DNA of 64,000 bases from Octopus vulgaris (taxonomy: Eukaryota): contig OX597816.1 in NCBI GenBank assembly GCA_951406725.2, forward strand, positions 104,718,001 through 104,782,000. Reading direction: 5' to 3'. Below the pieces are notes generated by a model. The model did no database searches. It was not told where the DNA came from and saw only the letters and a list, made by a program, of their open reading frames with translations. Every line of letters starts with the position of its first letter. Within the stretch, counting starts at the first letter, position 1. Shown here in pieces: positions 23,846 to 37,534 of this stretch. The position numbers and the translations under genes were made by a program.

Positions 23846-26100
23846 CATGGAGCATCTATGAATGGCCCTCACCACATTTCGGTATTGTATGCTATACCAA
23901 TCCCGGAAGTAGTCTTCATTTCATTGTCACGTTTATTTTTTTATTGTTATTTAAAACAGGACCGCATCACAACTTTTTAATATCTAGTCAACCTAACAGT
24001 TTTCTACGTGCAATGGATGTAACAGTATCCAAAATCACCTGGATAACTTAATATCTGCGATTCCTGACAAGTCAACATCATGACAAGAAACGCACCAAAA
24101 ATGACGTACTGTTGCAGCAGTAACTGACGTATGGACATAGCTACAACTCTTTAGACGGAATTAATTAAATAAAAAAAAATAGGCATACAGATGTGTATAT
24201 AAGTATGTGTGTGTGTATATGTATGCATACGCCCAAGCATCCAAATAAGTGAGGGTAATTGTTCAGGAATGTATACATATATGTATGAATATGTGTGTGT
24301 ATGTACACACTAATGTGCGTGTGCGCGCAAGCGTATTGTTTTGTTAAAATGTTAAATCTAGTAGTCATCATAAAATTTGATTTGAAAAATAAGGAGATGC
24401 AAATGAATAATAACTATATATTTTACAAGAGAATCTCGGCCTCGATCCGAAATAGGTTGTATGTCATAAACGAAAATGACTCGAAGAAATTTTTTATTAC
24501 AACTGATTAATTTGTGAAATTAATTAGAACCAAATCTTCACTAATAACCTAAATTCTTTAGAAAGCAAAACTTCCACAGTAAGAAAGAGAATTCTAGCAC
24601 AAACTCAAAAGTACGTACACATACTCACTGCACACGCAAATAGGTATACTGCGATATAACATTTCCATGTATATTCTTGCATAATGAACTGGAGCCATAA
24701 AACGACAGTGTCCATACTAAATACGTTGAAGGCAAGTCAAATGGTATGTAAAATCACTCTCGAACAATTAGTACACCTGATCACTTTTACTAACCGTTGC
24801 TCTACTCGTGGTGTTCAAAGAACAGCCAGTTAAATTCTAAAAGCAAGATGTAATCTAATTGTACTTGTTAGAATATTTCTCCTAGCCATATCATAATGAT
24901 TGAGCACATCAATATTCTCAATCGAGTCAGCCTTTACAAGGGACTCAACTTGCTAGAAATAACAACTGAAATATTCATCAAATTTAACTGTACGAGCTCT
25001 TAAAAATGACTTGACCGTCACAGTTGGAACACATTTGGTTATTCAAGGCTTGCCTGGGGTTAAAAAAAAAACAACAAAAATGGCAAAACAAAGCTAGTGT
25101 TTTATTGGTGATGGATATCGTCGATTAAACCGATCTCTACTATATAATTCATCGAACCCAAATGAATGAAGGCAAAAATCGATCCATGTGGTATTTGAAC
25201 AGAATCGGAAAGGATTCTGTGTACTATTTAACAGCATTTAACCCGATGCAACACTTTCACAGACATTTCTGTCTTTGTCATTTATATGCGATTTTCAAAA
25301 AGTAAATCAGCTACACCTATAAATGAATTGAATTTTCACATCGTAGCAATCAATAATGCTCTTTGCCAAATTGTGTTTTATGGGAAAGGTTTATGTGGAT
25401 AAGATCCTAAGTTAAAACTGGAAGGAAACAATTTCCTAGTTTAAACAATTGAGTTAGTGTAATAAAATTCATAGAAATTTAATCTGTCCACTACAGTTTA
25501 TATGACGACCAATAGGTGGATATGGTATGATTCCTTTTATTGAAAAGCAATGGTAAATAACATCTCAGTGTTTTGCACACTGATCATTCTCGTAACATAC
25601 TTTTACTTTGTTGATGAACAAACTCTCAATTTTATTGGCAATTTCTCCAGGAAGTCCTGTGAATTGTTTAATAGGCAAGGGCAGAAAAGATTTTAGACTA
25701 TAGATTTTGTAAATTCGACATCATTTTCAAAAGACGCTGCTTCTACTGATGGCCATTATTCTGTAATTATTCGGATGTTTATGGTAAATACTTATTAACG
25801 GAATTTAACGTGGCTTTATATTATTTCTTCTAGAAGCGATAAATAATAAATGAGAATTAGAAAGGGATACTATTTTTTTCAACTGAAGGATTATTGATCA
25901 TATAAAGGCTTATTACCACTGGTCTAACGTTTAGATTTACATCAAATACATTAATTTACTGAATCTCGTTTTCTACATTTACAAGTGACCTGTAAATCAA
26001 GAACACGTATTTTTTCCCACATGCAATTAAGAACTAATGCTTGTAGCTATTCGTCATTATTAGTATCCTGAATTTATTATCCAAGAATATATGTATTATC

Positions 26101-26166
<66 letters not shown>

Positions 26167-26845
26167 ATATATATGCGTGTGTGTGTGTGTGCGTGTGTGT
26201 GTATGTATATATATATATATTGTTTGCTATTCTGTTATGGTAAAGATGAATATCATTTAACGTACACATTCTAAAGATACGAGCCATTAATAGTTGCTTG
26301 ATTTGGAGACGCATATCTAGGTAGGTCTTTTAATAACACACCATGTGTCCCCGAGAAAACTTCAGGATACGAGCAAATGATCTATTCGATTGGCAAATCA
26401 GAACACTGGTACATATGAAATCACTACAACAAACGAGAGGAATGCAGTGCAAAAAGTGGAAGTGTGTATAACAAAGAAAATTTAGTTACAGCCCCTTGAC
26501 CGTAAAGCCATTATTAATCTAGTTCTAGAATATTTTAACAGAGAAGTAGCCAAAATCTTCGAGGCAGCTGTTCAATTCGGAGACAGTGGTATCCTCCAGT
26601 TCGCTAAATGGAATTTGTCCACGTATTTGCATTTGCTGAATATTTCAGATCTAGAATTCAATAGTGCAAGTCCTGTCTCTTTTAGTTAAGCATTTCCAAG
26701 TAAGCCTCATATACAATAAGTTTTTATCAGATGATCGATTAAGATATGCACACACACAACACACATATACATGCGCACACACATATATGCGTGCGCACAT
26801 ACATGCGCTCACACACCCTTTCTCTGCCTCCCCCTTTGTTTCTCA

Positions 26846-27066
26846 CGCTTTGTGTTTGTATACCATAAGGTCTGCAAATCTAACGGACGCCTCAAAAGAC
26901 ACCTTAAGATCCACAAAGATCAGAACTTAATTGCAACACTTTGTGGTCCAAATCAGGTATGCAATTTGTATTGGTGTCTTTTCAAAGCATTGTCTGGTTT
27001 AAAAAGGCACATCAGACAGCATGATTGTTCTAAGGTGTAGGTACAGGAGGTGGTCAGACTCTGCAT

Positions 27067-27068
<2 letters not shown>
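26846..27068 (+). pseudogene. RTE-type LINE 3' end with two degenerate C2H2-like motifs
   Basis: VCKSNGRLKRHLKIH...VCNLYWCLFKALSGLKRHIRQH...*, then a short 3' UTR and a (CA)/(TA) tail. There is no TGEKP linker. Confidence 0.55.
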
Positions 27069-27136
<68 letters not shown>

Positions 27137-27216
27137 ATATAAAAATGTATGTATGTATATATAGTGTACTGTTCTGTGATGGTAACATCACCAAAAGAAG
27201 GACTCCATTATTATCT

Positions 27217-27597
27217 AATACAAAATATATGTTTTCATGTGCTACTATTAGTTTCATGTGAAGAGAGCATGCCAGACCTTATTACAAATAGCGTTAAGAA
27301 AATACTGTTTAGGATGCTCGCGTCGCATGAGACTAATAGTAGCACATGAAAACATATTCTGTGTTTAATAAATTTGATACACATAACATGCATACATACA
27401 TGCCGTGATAGATCGTTAGCTACTACACGCATTTTTTTCTCTCTTTGTTTTTTTCTGTGTATCTTTCTGTGGAAGAGCGTAGGCTTGAAACGTAAAATAC
27501 TTTTCTATTCCTGAGCGCTATACTAATACATTTGTTCGTTTGTACACCACCTGCCTTCGTCTTTTGTATATTTTCGTAACCTTTCCCTTTACATTTA

Positions 27598-27600
<3 letters not shown>
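27217..27600. mobile_element. Inverted-repeat element between (TA)n tracts, possibly Penelope pLTR-related
   Basis: Arms of about 55 bp: 27217-27270 (ATATGTTTTCATGTGCTACTATTAGTTTCATG) and 27313-27366. Downstream GAAGAGCGTAGGCTTGAAACGT resembles a decayed hammerhead. Confidence 0.6.
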
Positions 27601-27645
<45 letters not shown>

Positions 27646-27692
27646 TTATTTATATATATATATTTATTTATTTATATATATATTTATTTATT

Positions 27693-27730
<38 letters not shown>

Positions 27731-27908
27731 AATTCAGGTGGAGGTGTTTATAACCATTTAAAAACACAAAATTCATTCACTCAACATTTAAGTTTTTGTC
27801 AAATATTCGTCGCTAAATCCGACTGTTCATATATATATATATGTTTAAGAAATATTTTATATATATATATATATATACCTCCACGCTCATGTTTTCGTTT
27901 ATTCTTGC

Positions 27909-27939
<31 letters not shown>

Positions 27940-28711
27940 AAACACTTCATATTTAATCGACTTCAAAGAAAACTCTAACCGACTTTTAGAATGGCTTTTA
28001 GTAAAACTACAAAGCATTTGTACTTGCGAAATATATATTTATTCGTTTTGAAAATATTTATATTTTCTCCGTTAATCTGATCGTTTGGTGAGTGCATTGG
28101 TACATCTTTGTTTCTGATTGTTCATATTACCTTTAGCTTTATTTGCAATAATCATAACTGACAAACATTTCATTACGTAGATTGTTCGAAAATAAAGTGT
28201 CTTTCTTACAAAATAGCTTCTTATATTTATCATTTAATCTGCCTTTCTCACGTTACGTATTGAAATCCTATTTTTATGTAAGTGACCTTAACTAAATGCT
28301 ATTTATTCTATACTTACAAGTTACCTCAATTATTGAGTTGCATGTAATCATGTTCGTTTCTGAAAATATACGACGCAGCTTTTACTAAAAGAACTGAATT
28401 TGTTGCTTCCAAATATGATGAACGATCTCATATTTAATTTCCAGAAGTTATTTTTCTTAGTCATTGCTTATCCTAGAAATGACGAATTTATGCTGTGAGT
28501 GGACGTATTTGTGTCGTACAGTTCTTAGAACGAGTCTCCCTTTCTAGTTTCTCTCTCATTTTGTAATATAAATGTGTGTGTGTGTATGTATTTATGTGTA
28601 AGTGTGTGTGTCTGTGTGTGTATGTATGTATATAAGTATGTATGTATGTATGTATGTATGTATGTATGTATGTATGTATGTATGTATGTATGTATGTATG
28701 TATGTATGTGT

Positions 28712-29068
28712 TGAGGCACATTCCAGAAGTTTTAAGATTTAGTAGAGGTAGTTATACCGCTTCTAAATAATTTTCAATACATCTAATAAGATGACTTGCC
28801 AAATTTTGTAACTCCAGACTGAAAGAGACAGCTGTCCAGACTTTGCTCTCTGTAACCGCAGGTGTCCTATAAGCTAAAGGAAAAGGTGCAGAAGGATGTG
28901 ACAAGGGTCCTGGACACTCTCATTTTGGAGGATTTGTACTGGTTTCTTCATGAAGTAACTAGGGTGCTACAACAAATACATAGAAGCTAGAGGATCCTGC
29001 TTTAAAGGTGTTTAGAGTTTTGTATTTCTGTTAATTTAATGAATCTCAGAACTTTTGGAATACAGATG
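28712..29068 (+). mobile_element. Mariner-derived non-autonomous element
   Basis: Imperfect TIRs ATTCCAGAAGTTTTAAGATT / AATCTCAGAACTTTTGGAAT; C-terminal remnant KDVTRVLDTLILED...FMK*LGCYNKYIEARGSCFKG. Confidence 0.6.
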
Positions 29069-31549
29069 GTTTGTATGTATGTATGTATGTGTGTGTGTGT
29101 AGGTATGCATGCATGCATGCATGTGTGTGTGTATATATATATATATATATACATGTGTGTGCAGATGCGTGTAATTATGTGCATACATACATAGGTGTGG
29201 GTAAAATTAGTTAACCATGCATGCCCATTCAACCATAGCAAACATACAATGGCGCATGTCCTTTTGTCATACGCCATTGTATGTTTGCTGATGTGCACAC
29301 TAACTCCGCACAAAGTATTTCTTATATAGATCTGACATGCGATTTGTATAGCAAAGTTCTACACGACAGTAATTAAAAAAATTGTGACCTGAAACAGCTG
29401 CACCAATTCAATCATGAAAGCAAAGCTTACTGGATCTAAGAGAAGACTGGTATTTCACAAGAGACTTTCTAAAAGAAACACCCAGCGATTATCGACATGA
29501 GATGTTTGAGACTGGGTTTTGTATTCTACTGACTTTCAGCAAAACACGTGATTCTCATTGAGCTAAATGCCCTTATAAGAGTAGAATAAAGGAATCCCAC
29601 ATCTACAAGACTGAAAAACATGGCAATGCAGCCATTAATTGGAGAGGCTCTGGTTTTAGCGATGCTCGACAATAGGAAGAAGGAAAACGTGAAGCTAAGT
29701 TATTAGGAATTCGTAGAAGCTAGCATTATTTCCTATATAAATATCATATCCAGTTTACTAAAATTGGATTATTTATCTGTTTTATATTTTAAGGCAGGAA
29801 ATGAAGATAATGAAACTAATCTAATCTGTCAAACATTATTCAGAAATACATTTCAATAACTGCAAATAGATGATAACAATATGTCGAGCAGTGTTTATAT
29901 GTATGTGTGTGTGAGAGAGAGAGATTGTGTATGTGTGTATGTATTTATATGTATGTATAGATACATGTATTACGTGTATATATACATTCAAATATGTGTG
30001 TGTGCATATATATATATATATATGTGTGTGTATATATATATATACATGTGTGTGTGTACGTGCATTACATAAGTATATATATCGCCTCCTTATATAGACA
30101 TTCGCATACATGTGTGTGTGCGTGTGTGTTTGTGCATCTGTAATTCTCGCTTTGTTCAAATTAAACTGATTTTGCATAAAGCAACACATAAATAACAAAT
30201 GTTTTCTCATCTCAAAACAATGAAAGCGAACATGTTGAGCAACGTGATAATAATTACATGCAACATTATCGCTGCCTTCCTCTCACATTTCCTATTGCTA
30301 GTGGTAATTCTTTGTTTTAATATCCTACTGTTTTACTAAAGACCTTGCAACGAAATGTTGAAGGTAACTAATCATAAATTCCGGTTCGGTTTCTGTTTTA
30401 GTAGTAATTCCGTAAGTTAGAAGTTCAATGATAAATGACAAAGATAATGTCAATTTCTGAGTATGGATATTCGATATTAACAAGCAAATATAAATTTGCA
30501 TATTGTAAATTGTTTTTTTTTTTAGGTGGGGGGGGCTGAACTATAGTAATATATGAATAGTGAACAGCCGTTTGCTTTCATATATACTCCCGAAGCTAAT
30601 GACAGAAAAGAGCAACTACATCTGTATTTTGTATCATTACTAGTTCCTTCGAACATCCGAACTGTAAGCTCTTTTTACTGCAGCCAACGTTTCAAGACTC
30701 TCTGCTTTTATTGATACACTTTCACATGTACTCTTTGGATAACAACCAACGCAATCTTGGATTCTCCTTCTATAGGGTATACTCGATATCATACGGCTAA
30801 AACGAAACGAACCAGTGTGAAAACTGAAAAGATATGTTCATTTCTGTTTAGTGTGTCATTACATTTGACGCATTAACGTTTCTGACTGGGTTTACTGTCC
30901 AGTTTGTCTAATGTCGGAAGAAAATGGAAATAACTTACATAGATCTGCAACGTTAAGGAAAAAGAATAATACATAATATATAAACATTTATGAAATTTGT
31001 CTATTTTAGATGGGAAGTGACTTGCATCTGTATCAATATAAGTAATAGTATGATACTGCGGTCAAATCTCTGGAGGCTACAACATGCACAGAGGCAAAAG
31101 AATGATATATATTTCTTGCAAAATATATAAATTTAATAACGGATAATTTCTTTTTTTTGTCATTTTAAATATTTTCTCTTGCAAATGCCATATGCAATAT
31201 AATTTCTCGGAAATCAATTCGCAATTCTTTTTGGTGTCCGAAATAATGCCCAACTGCATTTACATCGAAAATACTGCTGGGAAAGGATTAACTTCACAAC
31301 ATTCAAGCTCTGTTTGTAGTGATTACTAAACCTAAGGAATGAACATTTCCTAACTGAATGACATAAAGACATAGTTCGAAATTATACATCATTACAACAC
31401 TATGACTTATATTTATATTTTCAAGTATTATCTTAAATTTAAGATTTATAAAATACCTGTTTATTTAGTTTCAGTTTTAACAACTGTGAGTTTCTTGTAT
31501 TCAAACAAAACTAACAGTAAAATCGGAAAAACATCCGGTAACATTTGTA

Positions 31550-31656
<107 letters not shown>

Positions 31657-32268
31657 ATTCAGTTCATAAAGGTTACTGATATGTAACACAAATGTTCGCT
31701 CAGTTTTATCGACAAATGATATTGCTTCTTTCAGTAACTATAATTGTTGACAACTGCTTCCATTCCCTTTGGCTTTTATCTTGTATGAAATCACTGCCAG
31801 AACGTTTTCCGAGTGGGCATTAATCTTGTGATGAATGAAGATATTTAGGCCACAAAACAAAGATAACTCCTATCATAGGCTTTTGTTCTATCGCATAGTT
31901 TCTTATGACAGCCAGGCGAGTTACAGCATAGTTATTGCCAGCAGATGTTTACATTGAATCAACACTGGCCTCATGTCAAACTATCGATAAATACCATGGC
32001 GCTGAAAGAATAGAGAAAGAAATTCTAGGAAACAATATTCAAAAAGTTTATCATGAAACATAGAGACCTACTTTTTTTTAAATATTTAGTTCAATGACAT
32101 ACATGTAAGTTCCTAGTAACAGAGCATTCAATTTTCTGTATTTAAATGGATCTCATTCAAAGTATTCCTTCAGTGATATCTTATTTCCAGCTTCCAATCA
32201 TTTTCATCGATTAAGAAGCCTCAGAGAGAGAGAAAAATATTTCGTCTCTATTTCGATAGTGCTTTAAC

Positions 32269-32340
<72 letters not shown>

Positions 32341-32716
32341 ATGTATGTATGTATGTATGTATGTATGTATGTATGTATGTATGTATGTATGTATGTATAT
32401 ATATATGTATATATGTATGTATGTTTGTATATATGTATGTATGGATGCATGTATATGTACATCAAACATGCTGTACCGGCACATTTACATATATATATAT
32501 ATATGGACGCATACACCCATATGTAAGTGAGAGTGTGTGTTGTATGGTATATATATATATATATATATATATCATATACATATATATATATATGCATATA
32601 TAAACATATATTACACACACACGTATATATATATATATATATAAATATATAGACATGTATTTATGGATATATATATATATACATATATATATAGACATAT
32701 AGACATGTATGTATGC

Positions 32717-32747
<31 letters not shown>

Positions 32748-32803
32748 TATAGGCATGTATGTATGCATATATATATACATATATATATATAGACATGTAT
32801 GTA

Positions 32804-32865
<62 letters not shown>

Positions 32866-33211
32866 TGTATGTATGCATATGTATGTATGCAAATGTTAAT
32901 GTAAATGATAATGTTTTGATATGAGCAAGGATGAAATGGAGATAATTTACGATTATATTTCTAAAATGGTTATAAAAAGCAGTCGTTTAATACAATTTCG
33001 AAACCGATTCAGACTTATTTTGTGATATCCAATAGAAAACTAAAATACTTTTGATTTTTTTTAGTTTCATAAAATATATTACCAAGTAAAATGTCCAAGT
33101 GCATGTGCACATGCGTGCATAAGGTATATATTACACATGATAATGCGTAGCTATAAATTGATATATATATATATACATGTATGCATATACATATATGTAT
33201 ACACACACACG

Positions 33212-33287
<76 letters not shown>

Positions 33288-33689
33288 CATTTAGATATTT
33301 ACATCTATATGTATATGCGTGTATATATGATACATATGTAAAGTGAGAGAGGGAGAGAGGGAGTTTGTGCGTGTGTTTATATGTGTGCATGTGCTAGAGG
33401 GAGAGAGAGAAGAACCACCGGAAACAGTAACACAATCGAACAACAATGCAAAACGGATGTATACAAACAAAATTTTAAACTCTCAAAAACACGACAATGC
33501 TCCTCTGGGGGATCCTGTGTGGCCTTGTTGGTTCGAATATCTTTAGGACTTGTCTCTTCTGCCCCTTGTTTATAATATATTTCCTTTCTCACCCCTAACG
33601 TGACCTTTCGCCTATACTGCGATAAAAGCAAGGATTCTGTGTAATTGTAGATGGCTCTGACTTCCATTCCTGTGTTTTATGCCCGAAAT

Positions 33690-33930
33690 TAAAAGAAAAG
33701 CCCAATGCCCTTCCCGGGGAATAGGCGCATACGCCGTTTCCCGGACTCTGTGGATTACATATATACACATACACACAACCCAGGACGGGACGTGAGTCCA
33801 TCACAGGATTACTCACTTTTGCCAACTGCTGTTGAGTGAACCGGAATGACAGTAAAATGAAACGTTTTCATCAAGAATACAAGGCGACGCTCAGTGAAGG
33901 AATCGAAACCATAACCTCACACTTATGATC
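33690..33930 (-). mobile_element. Degenerate SINE of the 4058 family
   Basis: Reverse complement: GGTTTCGATTCC...CACTCAACAGCAGTTGGCAAAAGTGAGTAATCCTGTGATGGACTCACGTCCCGTCC. Confidence 0.65.
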
Positions 33931-34364
33931 GCAGTACTGTGTTTTCTAGCTCAAAATTGAAAAAGATGACAGGGTTACATTCAACGGTTCTTTTGTTGTA
34001 TTAAAACCCCTGTCATTCTTGTTGGCAATATAAATATTTTTCTCTGCTTCCTCAGATAGATGTTACGTGCTGTGCCTCGTCCATATTAGGTCTTTCTCCA
34101 GCAAAAGTTCATGTTAAAATATGTTGCAATGCTTAGTTCGCCGGTGAATATGCATCACTTTTCATTTAGCATGCAGTTTACTGACAATCTTTCCACTCCA
34201 GTTATTCTCATTCGTATGCCGTTTTCTTTTGTTTTAGTTCAGCATTTATATGTTCCGCTTCAATAAAATTACCATTCTCTTCTTCTACTAACGAACTGTG
34301 TTTTTTCCTTTATTTTGTTTGGTGTAGCTCGGATATTTCGTAACCAGTTTTCTGTATGAAGCAA

Positions 34365-34403
<39 letters not shown>

Positions 34404-34720
34404 CGTGTGTTTATCTTTGAATGTATATACATGTATATCCATATATACAAAAAGGATATATATATACATATGCATGTGTCTGTGCATATGTGTGTATTTA
34501 TCTATGTGTGTGTGTATTTGTGTGTGTGTGTGTATTTATACATGTATTTATATATACGAAGTGAAATGTTATAGGCTTTGGGTAAAGAAAATACTGCCGA
34601 ATCAGTTATGATTTTTTTTTAATATATTCACACATTTATTGCAGCAATCCTTCAGTCCTTCCAGCCAGGCCCTTCCCGATACCCTTAAAACCAGAAAATG
34701 TTCATCACACTCTCGTGTAT

Positions 34721-34769
<49 letters not shown>

Positions 34770-34771
<2 letters not shown>

Positions 34772-35062
34772 CGATGGGCTCTCCTGTCGAAAACGACGAA
34801 TGTGTGTTCAGCTTTTTTTTGCCGAATGACAGGCACAAATGAATTGTTTATAGTGGGCAAATGCTTCTTCCGCACATTAGCTCACTCCGTCCCATTAAAT
34901 CGAGATTGTCTGAACAGGTACACGGTGTACCACGCTTCAAGTGATCGTAGAGCAACATGAGATGACATTTTTTCTCAAGAGATCACGACGCACCGACCGG
35001 TCTAGGAATTGAAACTACGACCACGCGATTGTGAGTCCAACATCCTAACCACTTGGCCATGC

Positions 35063-35068
<6 letters not shown>
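34770..35068 (-). mobile_element. tRNA-derived SINE
   Basis: Reverse-complement head GAAGGTGCATGGCCAAGTGGTTAGG...GTTTCAATTCCTAGACCGG. Confidence 0.7.
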
Positions 35069-35097
<29 letters not shown>

Positions 35098-35117
35098 TTA
35101 TATATAAATATATATAC

Positions 35118-35459
35118 ACGTGGCACCTTGGGCAAGTGTCTTCCACTATAGCCTCGGGCTGACAAAAGCCTTGTGAGTGGATTTGGTAGACGGAAACTAA
35201 AAGAAAACCGTTGAATATATGTCTGTGGGGGTGTTGTATGTTTGCCTGACTTTGTCCCACCACCACTACAATCGCTTGACAACCGATGTTGATGTGCTTA
35301 CGTCCCCGTAACTTAGCGGTTCGGCAAAAGACACCGATAGGATCAGTACTAAGCTTACAAAGAATAAGTTCTGAGGTTGATTTGTTCGACTAAAGGCGGT
35401 GCTCCAGCATGACTACAATCAAATGACTGGAACAAATAAAAGATAAAATATAAAAGAAT
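35118..35459 (+). mobile_element. 5'-truncated Octopus-type SINE
   Basis: CGTGGCACCTTGGGCAAGTGTCTTC...CGACTAAAGGCGGTGCTCCAGCATG...AAATGACTGGAACAA. Confidence 0.88.
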
Positions 35460-35468
35460 ACACACACG

Positions 35469-35502
<34 letters not shown>

Positions 35503-35689
35503 AGGGGTTACTGAAAAGTGCCTGGCTTTAAGGTTATATATAAATCTTAGAGGGCCATGTTCCAAACATCGGCATTACAGAGAGAATTTGATAAAGAAAC
35601 TGATAAACACTGCCAGCTTCTAAATATGCCACCTTCGAAATCACGAGCAAAAACACTATTGTACTAGATTTTTATTTGAAATTTCTGAA

Positions 35690-35800
35690 TTGCTCAACTG
35701 TCAAACTGAAGAGATCAGAAATCTAAAAATGATATCTACTGAAACATTCTAAAAAGCATTAGATAAACACCTAACGAAGATAACGGAGCAGTCAGACTAT
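35690..35800 (+). pseudogene. C-terminal fragment of a CR1/L2-group LINE ORF2
   Basis: LLNC..EEIRNLKMISTETF*KALDKHLTKITEQ. Confidence 0.45.
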
Positions 35801-37534
35801 TCAAAGATTCACTCGGGGGAGATCAACTGCTACAACCTCAATCATAGGCCAACTTACAGTCATAAAACGAGGACAAAACGTATGGCTTCATATTGCTTTA
35901 GGTGGCCTAAGGAACCACATGAGAAGTCACCAGTTGAAGTGAGTAAATTGTTGATATTGGCGAATGGTAGTAATGATAATGTGAGTGTGCTGTTGATTGT
36001 CTATTTGGTTGGATGTTTTTTGCCAGTTTTCTTTTCATTGATGATATATATGAGGAAATTATGAAAACAATTGGCAAGGTTTAAACACCAACTGAAATTT
36101 TATGAATGATTAAACTGGACAAAATGCGAAGTATCAAGAACGATTCTTCTTTTTCTTTGTCTCTTCCCCTTTCCCTCATGAAGATGCCCATGAAAAACGA
36201 ACTTTCACATTGTGGCCTGACCTGTACTTTAGCTTCCTTCTGTAGAAGTGACAAGGAAAGATAATTTTACATACTATATCGGAGATAACTCACACATTCC
36301 AGCAGCTGAATATAAATTTAAAACAAATTGTAGTTCTTTGAAATTTAAATCTCATCAAATTGGAAGAGTAGGATTATTAATCGTAAGATTTGCAGACTTT
36401 ACCAGAATTTTGATGTCGATGGAGTAGCAGTTTCGAGTGTTAGTAATTTCTAGAGAAAACTGGCTAAAATATTGGAAGATGTTTAATAAATAAGGTAGAG
36501 ATGCTATAACGAGAGTATCAGAAGGAAAGCAGTTGTATGTTGGTGAAAATCATAGTGCAAGTCAACTACATCTGAAACAACTATAGCTGATGAAGGGAAA
36601 TGCGTAGGAACACATTACTTCAATGGGCTAGTGGTTGCTTTTTATCTAACTGAATTGCTGTACAAGAATGTAGTCAACTTATGTAAGCAATATTCTGTTG
36701 TATTTCAAACGAGACATTGTTATTAATGATGTCGAAAGCTTTAGAACGAGATGTAGCCCTTAGCAATTCGATAGCAAAAACTAATATATTTTGTTAGATT
36801 ATTAGAAAATAAAACAGAAACGTCGATGAGATGAATATATATTTTCTTTTGCTTAATTAGCAAGGTGAAATGACAACATTATACATTATAGGTACTAATA
36901 AAAGACAAGAAAGAGGAACAAGTCTATTTATTGTCCCATTCGTTTGTCTTTCTTTATCTGAAAATGTTATTCGATATGTCTAACATGATTTACGTTGAAA
37001 AAGTTAGCATCTTTTTAGTTCATAATGATATTATAACATCCTTTTATAAAACTTTCCAAAATTCGACGGCAAATAATACAAAATAAGTTGCCATTTGATT
37101 TTCTTTTTGTAAACAATTTTAACATGCGTGAAATTAAATGCTTGATTCGATATTGTCGTTTACTTAGGAAAGTAACATAAAACCTGATCTAACGATAAAT
37201 ACATGCGCACTCAAACGGGCATATATACTGACATACAAACACACATATTCTGGTCAGTAGGTTTATGAACTTCATAGAAGCGTCACATAGTGCAGATGGA
37301 AACCCAAGAAGCCGTACGAAAAGATATTGTTAAGCATGAAGTACTAATATTACAATGTAAAGTGACGTAAGAAACTATAGTGAAATCAAGGAACTTGATG
37401 TATACGCAGAATATTTTATCCAACATTTAGTTCAATTTGGCATTGTTGGTGGCATTGTTAAACTTAATAGAAATGCATTTGTCTTATGTAAGGAAAGAGT
37501 GACCATGTAGTATTGATCATCAACTTGTCTTATG

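Noticed and set aside
26771-27040. Host C2H2 zinc-finger gene
   Set aside because: The cysteines are degenerate, there is no TGEKP linker, the N-terminus comes from a microsatellite, and the 3' tail is LINE-like.
36570-36605. GAAA...CTGATGA as a permuted hammerhead
   Set aside because: The required stems do not form; it looks like the 3' UTR of a decayed LINE.
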